Source of the DNA: an uncultured delta proteobacterium
GTDB taxonomy: Bacteria; Desulfobacterota; RBG-13-43-22
Direction of reading: 5' to 3'
Assembly: GCA_963843145.1 (NCBI GenBank)
Contig: CAWJJC010000005.1
Span: forward strand, 128,001 to 192,000
Length of the DNA: 64,000 nucleotides
Shown: positions 60,112 through 64,000 of the stretch, one piece after another
How positions within the stretch are numbered: position 1 is the stretch's first letter
How the letters are laid out: each line of letters starts with the position of its first letter
The notes under the pieces: generated by a model
What the model was told of the DNA's origin: nothing
What the model saw: the letters and a program-made list of their open reading frames with translations, nothing else
Database searches by the model: none
Made by a program: the position numbers and the translations under genes

Positions 60112-60264
60112 TGTTTTCCATAATGCAAATCAGATACCAAGCCCTTCTTGATCCTTTAGACCACCAGTCCCCTTCCCTATGTCCACTTTATCGACCCTTA
60201 TCCTTACGTTCTTTAGTTTTTTTTTTGATACCTTGGCAAAAAGTCCATCAAAGAGAAATCCTCA

Positions 60265-61500
60265 CTACCTCTTGGCCATTTTGGTCAAATCCCACATGGG
60301 CAAGAATATCCCCAAGGCCAGGAACAGGACCATGGCCCCCATGCCGATAACCAATATGGGTTCGAGCATGGATGTCAAATTTTTGACCCCATAGTCCACT
60401 TCCCGGTCGTAATAGTCCGAGACTTTACCCAGGACCCGATCCAAGGCCCCCGAGGACTCCCCGATGGCAAACATATGGTACACCAGGGGGGGGAAGACCT
60501 GGGAACGCCGCATCCGCTCCCACATATCCCCACCCTCTTTTACCCCTTCCTTGACCTCATTGACCTTCCCGGTCAAATAAGAGTTACCAAAGGTCTTGGC
60601 CGAGATATCCAGGTTCAGGATAACCGGCAGGCCACTGTTATAAAGATTCACGAAGGTCTTGACGAATCGGGACATGTAAATCTTCATGAAAAGCTGGCCG
60701 AAGACCGGGAATTGCAGTTTGATTCGATCCCACCAGAGGAGCCCTTTAGGGGTCCTCAACAAAGCCTTGAATCCGATCCAGACGCCGACCACCAACAAGG
60801 CCACCCAATACCAGTATTCCCGAAAATAGACACTCAGGTTCATTAATATCTTTGTTGGCAGGGGCAGGTCCAGCTTTGAGGACTTGAAGATCCCCATGAA
60901 CTTGGGAACAATAAAGGTAACCGCCAGCACGAAGGCCCCGGCCATGGCGATGACCACAAATTTGGGATAACGGGTAGCCGACTTGATATCGGCCCGGATC
61001 TTAATCTCAAAATCCAATAAATTGGCCAGTCGCTCGAAAACGGATTCCAGGTTTCCCGAAGATTCCCCGGACTCGATCAGGCTGACGTAGAGTTCGTCAA
61101 AAACCCTGGGGAACTTGGCCATGGCCACGGATAAATTCTTGCCCTCCTTGACCTGTTCGACGATCTCCCGGATAATCTGCTGGAAGTAGGGATTGGTGGT
61201 CTGTTCCCCCATAAGGGTGAGGGAATTTTGAATGGGGACCCCGGCCCCGTAGAGGGTCCCTAATTGACGGGAAAAATAGACCAATTCCTTCAAATTGATG
61301 GTATTTTTGTATTGATGTATCTTTCGGGACAACCAGACCATCATCGGGGGGGCTCCCTGCTCGGAGACCGGCTGAATCTGAACCGGTATATACCCCAATT
61401 CCCCTACTTTATTGGCAATGAAGGCCTTGTCACGCCCCTCCAGTTGCCCGGAGATCAGTTTGCCCGAGAGGTCCCGAGCCTTATAGGCAAAAACCGCCAT
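60265..61500 (-). CDS. pilC: PilC/GspF/MshG inner-membrane platform protein
   Basis: FSRQLGTL..AGVPI, GESSGNL, YP, GESSGALD, LEP. Confidence 0.92.
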   Translation of the reverse strand: MAVFAYKARDLSGKLISGQLEGRDKAFIANKVGELGYIPVQIQPVSEQGAPPMMVWLSRKIHQYKNTINLKELVYFSRQLGTLYGAGVPIQNSLTLMGEQTTNPYFQQIIREIVEQVKEGKNLSVAMAKFPRVFDELYVSLIESGESSGNLESVFERLANLLDFEIKIRADIKSATRYPKFVVIAMAGAFVLAVTFIVPKFMGIFKSSKLDLPLPTKILMNLSVYFREYWYWVALLVVGVWIGFKALLRTPKGLLWWDRIKLQFPVFGQLFMKIYMSRFVKTFVNLYNSGLPVILNLDISAKTFGNSYLTGKVNEVKEGVKEGGDMWERMRRSQVFPPLVYHMFAIGESSGALDRVLGKVSDYYDREVDYGVKNLTSMLEPILVIGMGAMVLFLALGIFLPMWDLTKMAKR

Positions 61501-61648
61501 GGTGCCTCCCCTTAACTGCTTAATATTAATAATTAATTATTTATTATTGATTATTGATTATTAAAAGAATGCCTGCTCCTTATCGCGACTATTCTCAAAC
61601 TAACCCACCAAATATTGCGGCCACCCGCCCAACAAGTCGAATAACCTC

Positions 61649-63331
61649 TTACTTCGGCAATTCCCGGAGCGTCACCCGGTTCAGTTCTTCAACCGAAGTG
61701 ATCCCCTTGATAACTTTGGTCACTCCATCCTCCCGCAGCGTCTTCATGCCCTGGGTACGGCGCGCGGTTTCGGCCACCAATGCGGGAGAAGCCTTTTGCA
61801 GCATCAATTCCTTGATTTCCTGATCCGCGATCAATAATTCATAGAGCCCCAGACGACCCCGATAACCGGTATTTTTGCAGAGCCGACAGCCTTTGGGCCG
61901 GTACAGGAGCAATTCCTTATTCGCAGGGAACTTTAAATCCTGTAAATTTTCCGAGGTGGCCTGATAAGGTTCCTTGCAATCCGGACAGAGCTTCCGGATC
62001 AGGCGCTGGGCCAGCACCCCCTCGACGGAGGAGGCGATTAAAAAAGGAGGGATGCCCATCTCCCCTAAACGGATCAACGTGCTGGGAGCATCGTTGGTAT
62101 GGATGGTGCTGAACACCAGATGTCCGGTCAGCGCCGCCTGTACGGCAATATTGGCGGTTTCCGCGTCCCGGATTTCGCCGACCATCACGATATCGGGATC
62201 CTGTCGAAGGATGGACCGCAACCCGCCGGCAAAAGTCAGTCCGGCCTTGGGGTTGACCTGGGCCTGGCGAATACCCTGAAGCCGGTATTCTACCGGGTCC
62301 TCCAGGGTGATCACGTTTTTTTGCGGGTCATTGATGCTGTTCAGTGTTGCGTACAAGGTAGTGGTCTTACCGCTCCCGGTCGGTCCGGTCACCAGCACGA
62401 ACCCGTAAGGGATATGAATCAGATAAAGAAATTTCTTGAAATCTTCCGGAAGGAAGCCCAGGTCCTCCAGGGTTAATAGGATGCTGGACTGGTCCAGGAG
62501 CCGCAAAACCACATTTTCCCCGTGAATAGTCGGAAAACTGGATACCCGAACGTCAATGTTATGACTATTAGAGGAAAAATGGAATCGGCCGTCCTGGGGG
62601 CTCCGCCGTTCGGCAATGTCCATCTTGGACATAATTTTTATTCTGGAAGTCACCGGGTTCGTATACTTGCCCTGCAAGGGCGTGGTTGCCCGGAGCATGC
62701 CGTCCACCCGGTAACGGATACGCAACTGGTTTTCTTCCGGTTCAATATGGATGTCGCTGGCCCGGTCCCGAACCGCCTCGGAAAGGATCAGGTTCACCAG
62801 TTGACTGATCGGGCCCTCTTCTATTTCTTCTTCGACCTTGCCTGAATCTTCTTCCTCGGCGCCGACCGAGTCCACCGAAGATTCATCCCGGGATAATAAC
62901 GACTGCCCATACAATTCCTCAATGGCCCGCAGGATCTCTTCTTCCAGGGCGATCACCGGTATAATAGTCAGTTTGGTTCGAATGGACAACTCGTCGATGG
63001 CCAGGATGTTGAGCGGGTCGGACATGGCTACGGTGAGCGACCGGCCATCTTCCCGGATTGGGACCAGCAGGTAATTTTCGGCCACGGTCTTCGGGACCAG
63101 CAGAATCAGTTTCTTGTCGATGGTCTGGGTGGACAAGTCAATATAAGGAATGCGCAACTGTTGAGAGAGAGTCCGCAGGATATCCTCTTCCGAGACGAAT
63201 CCCTGTCTAATCAACAGTCGGCCCAATCGTTCCCGGGTGACTTTCTGCAAGGCAATAGCCTCTTCCAACTTGCTCTTATCGATCAAGCCTGCTTCCAGCA
63301 AAATGTCGCCCAGGCGCTTCTTAGCAATCAT
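61649..63331 (-). CDS. pilB: PilB/GspE/MshE extension ATPase with MshEN c-di-GMP-binding domain
   Basis: Tandem RLG..L...G motifs, ASDIHIEP, GPTGSGKTT, EDPVE, LRQDPD, CPDC..C..C. Confidence 0.93.
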   Translation of the reverse strand: MIAKKRLGDILLEAGLIDKSKLEEAIALQKVTRERLGRLLIRQGFVSEEDILRTLSQQLRIPYIDLSTQTIDKKLILLVPKTVAENYLLVPIREDGRSLTVAMSDPLNILAIDELSIRTKLTIIPVIALEEEILRAIEELYGQSLLSRDESSVDSVGAEEEDSGKVEEEIEEGPISQLVNLILSEAVRDRASDIHIEPEENQLRIRYRVDGMLRATTPLQGKYTNPVTSRIKIMSKMDIAERRSPQDGRFHFSSNSHNIDVRVSSFPTIHGENVVLRLLDQSSILLTLEDLGFLPEDFKKFLYLIHIPYGFVLVTGPTGSGKTTTLYATLNSINDPQKNVITLEDPVEYRLQGIRQAQVNPKAGLTFAGGLRSILRQDPDIVMVGEIRDAETANIAVQAALTGHLVFSTIHTNDAPSTLIRLGEMGIPPFLIASSVEGVLAQRLIRKLCPDCKEPYQATSENLQDLKFPANKELLLYRPKGCRLCKNTGYRGRLGLYELLIADQEIKELMLQKASPALVAETARRTQGMKTLREDGVTKVIKGITSVEELNRVTLRELPK

Positions 63332-63623
63332 AAACAGACGCTTCCCTATAGCTATAAACGGTACTCAAAAGAGGCCAGGTAGGCTTTCCTACATAGCAAT
63401 CCTTTATGCTCGGACTCCCATTCAGACCCCTACTATGGGGCTTACTTAGCAAAATCCATTCCAAAGATAAGCCTTACCTGGGCCTGGAAATAGATGAATA
63501 TCAATCAACTAATCGGCAGAGAGGTGCCAACCCTTTACCTCCATCGTTAATTATTTGTATGGTATCGGTGAAGTTTCATGTTATAGTCAAAATAAATCAA
63601 TAAGTTCAACGAGGAAGATTCCT

Positions 63624-64000
63624 TTGAGCAGACTGACGCGAAACCCCCATAGACCTTTAAGGGCACTGGGAGTCGATTTAGGCGGAACGCGTATAAAAAT
63701 CGGGGTGGTGGACGAGCGGGGTGGTTTATTTAATATGAAAAAATTCGCAACCCGCGTGGACTTAGGCCGAGAAGCCCTGATCCGACGGATTATCCGGTTG
63801 ATTCACAGGAGCCTCTCTGCTGACCCTGACCTCCAAAACCCCCCAGCAGGCATCGGCCTGGGAGCCGCCGGGATGATCGATGTCCGGAAGGGCGTGGTAC
63901 TCGTCTCCCCCAACTTCCCGGACTGGCATCAAGTCCCCCTGGCCCGATTGATCAGTGAGCAAACCGGGCTTCCCACTTTTTTGGATAACGATGCCAATGC
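63624..64000 (+). CDS. ROK-family sugar kinase (glucokinase-like), 3' end outside window
   Basis: TTG start after GAGGA; LGVDLGGTRIK, GIGLGAAG, SPNFPDW, LDNDANA. Confidence 0.85.
   Translation, partial: MSRLTRNPHRPLRALGVDLGGTRIKIGVVDERGGLFNMKKFATRVDLGREALIRRIIRLIHRSLSADPDLQNPPAGIGLGAAGMIDVRKGVVLVSPNFPDWHQVPLARLISEQTGLPTFLDNDAN

Overview
Bacterial chromosomal window, most consistent with an anaerobic Desulfobacterota (Deltaproteobacteria)-like organism (inferred from gene content). Contents in order: M23 and M24 peptidases, a VOC protein, a lipoprotein and a radical SAM enzyme; a minor-pilin cluster (fimT-pilV-pilW-pilX-like); a CSLREA/choice-of-anchor-Q surface protein; a GAF-PAS sensor kinase with two response regulators; an FKBP plus a giant MofA/OmpB-like multicopper oxidase; a decayed toxin-antitoxin patch; an ABC/Cys-rich membrane protein cluster next to a CusBA-type efflux system; an unannotated 20-aa Cys-rich peptide gene in front of an RRE-radical SAM-SPASM maturase (best candidate for a new RiPP system); a secreted M14 carboxypeptidase; a methyltransferase; a PpiC foldase; a Cache sensor kinase and NarL regulator; a CoA-ligase/acyl-CoA dehydrogenase/Liv-type ABC catabolic cluster; MSHA/type IV pilus genes with a degenerate pilin copy; and the start of a ROK kinase. 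Intergenic DNA is dense in palindromic repeats, including a 'shell' element with fixed ends and interchangeable cargo. Other highlights are a shared C-terminal (Y/F)(L/F)P(I/L)(I/F) motif on three unrelated secreted proteins and a divergent pair of homologous, apparently structured non-coding elements at 35.7-36.1 kb. Many frameshifts at 6.9-21.3 kb probably reflect consensus errors. All calls come from reading the sequence; no searches were run.
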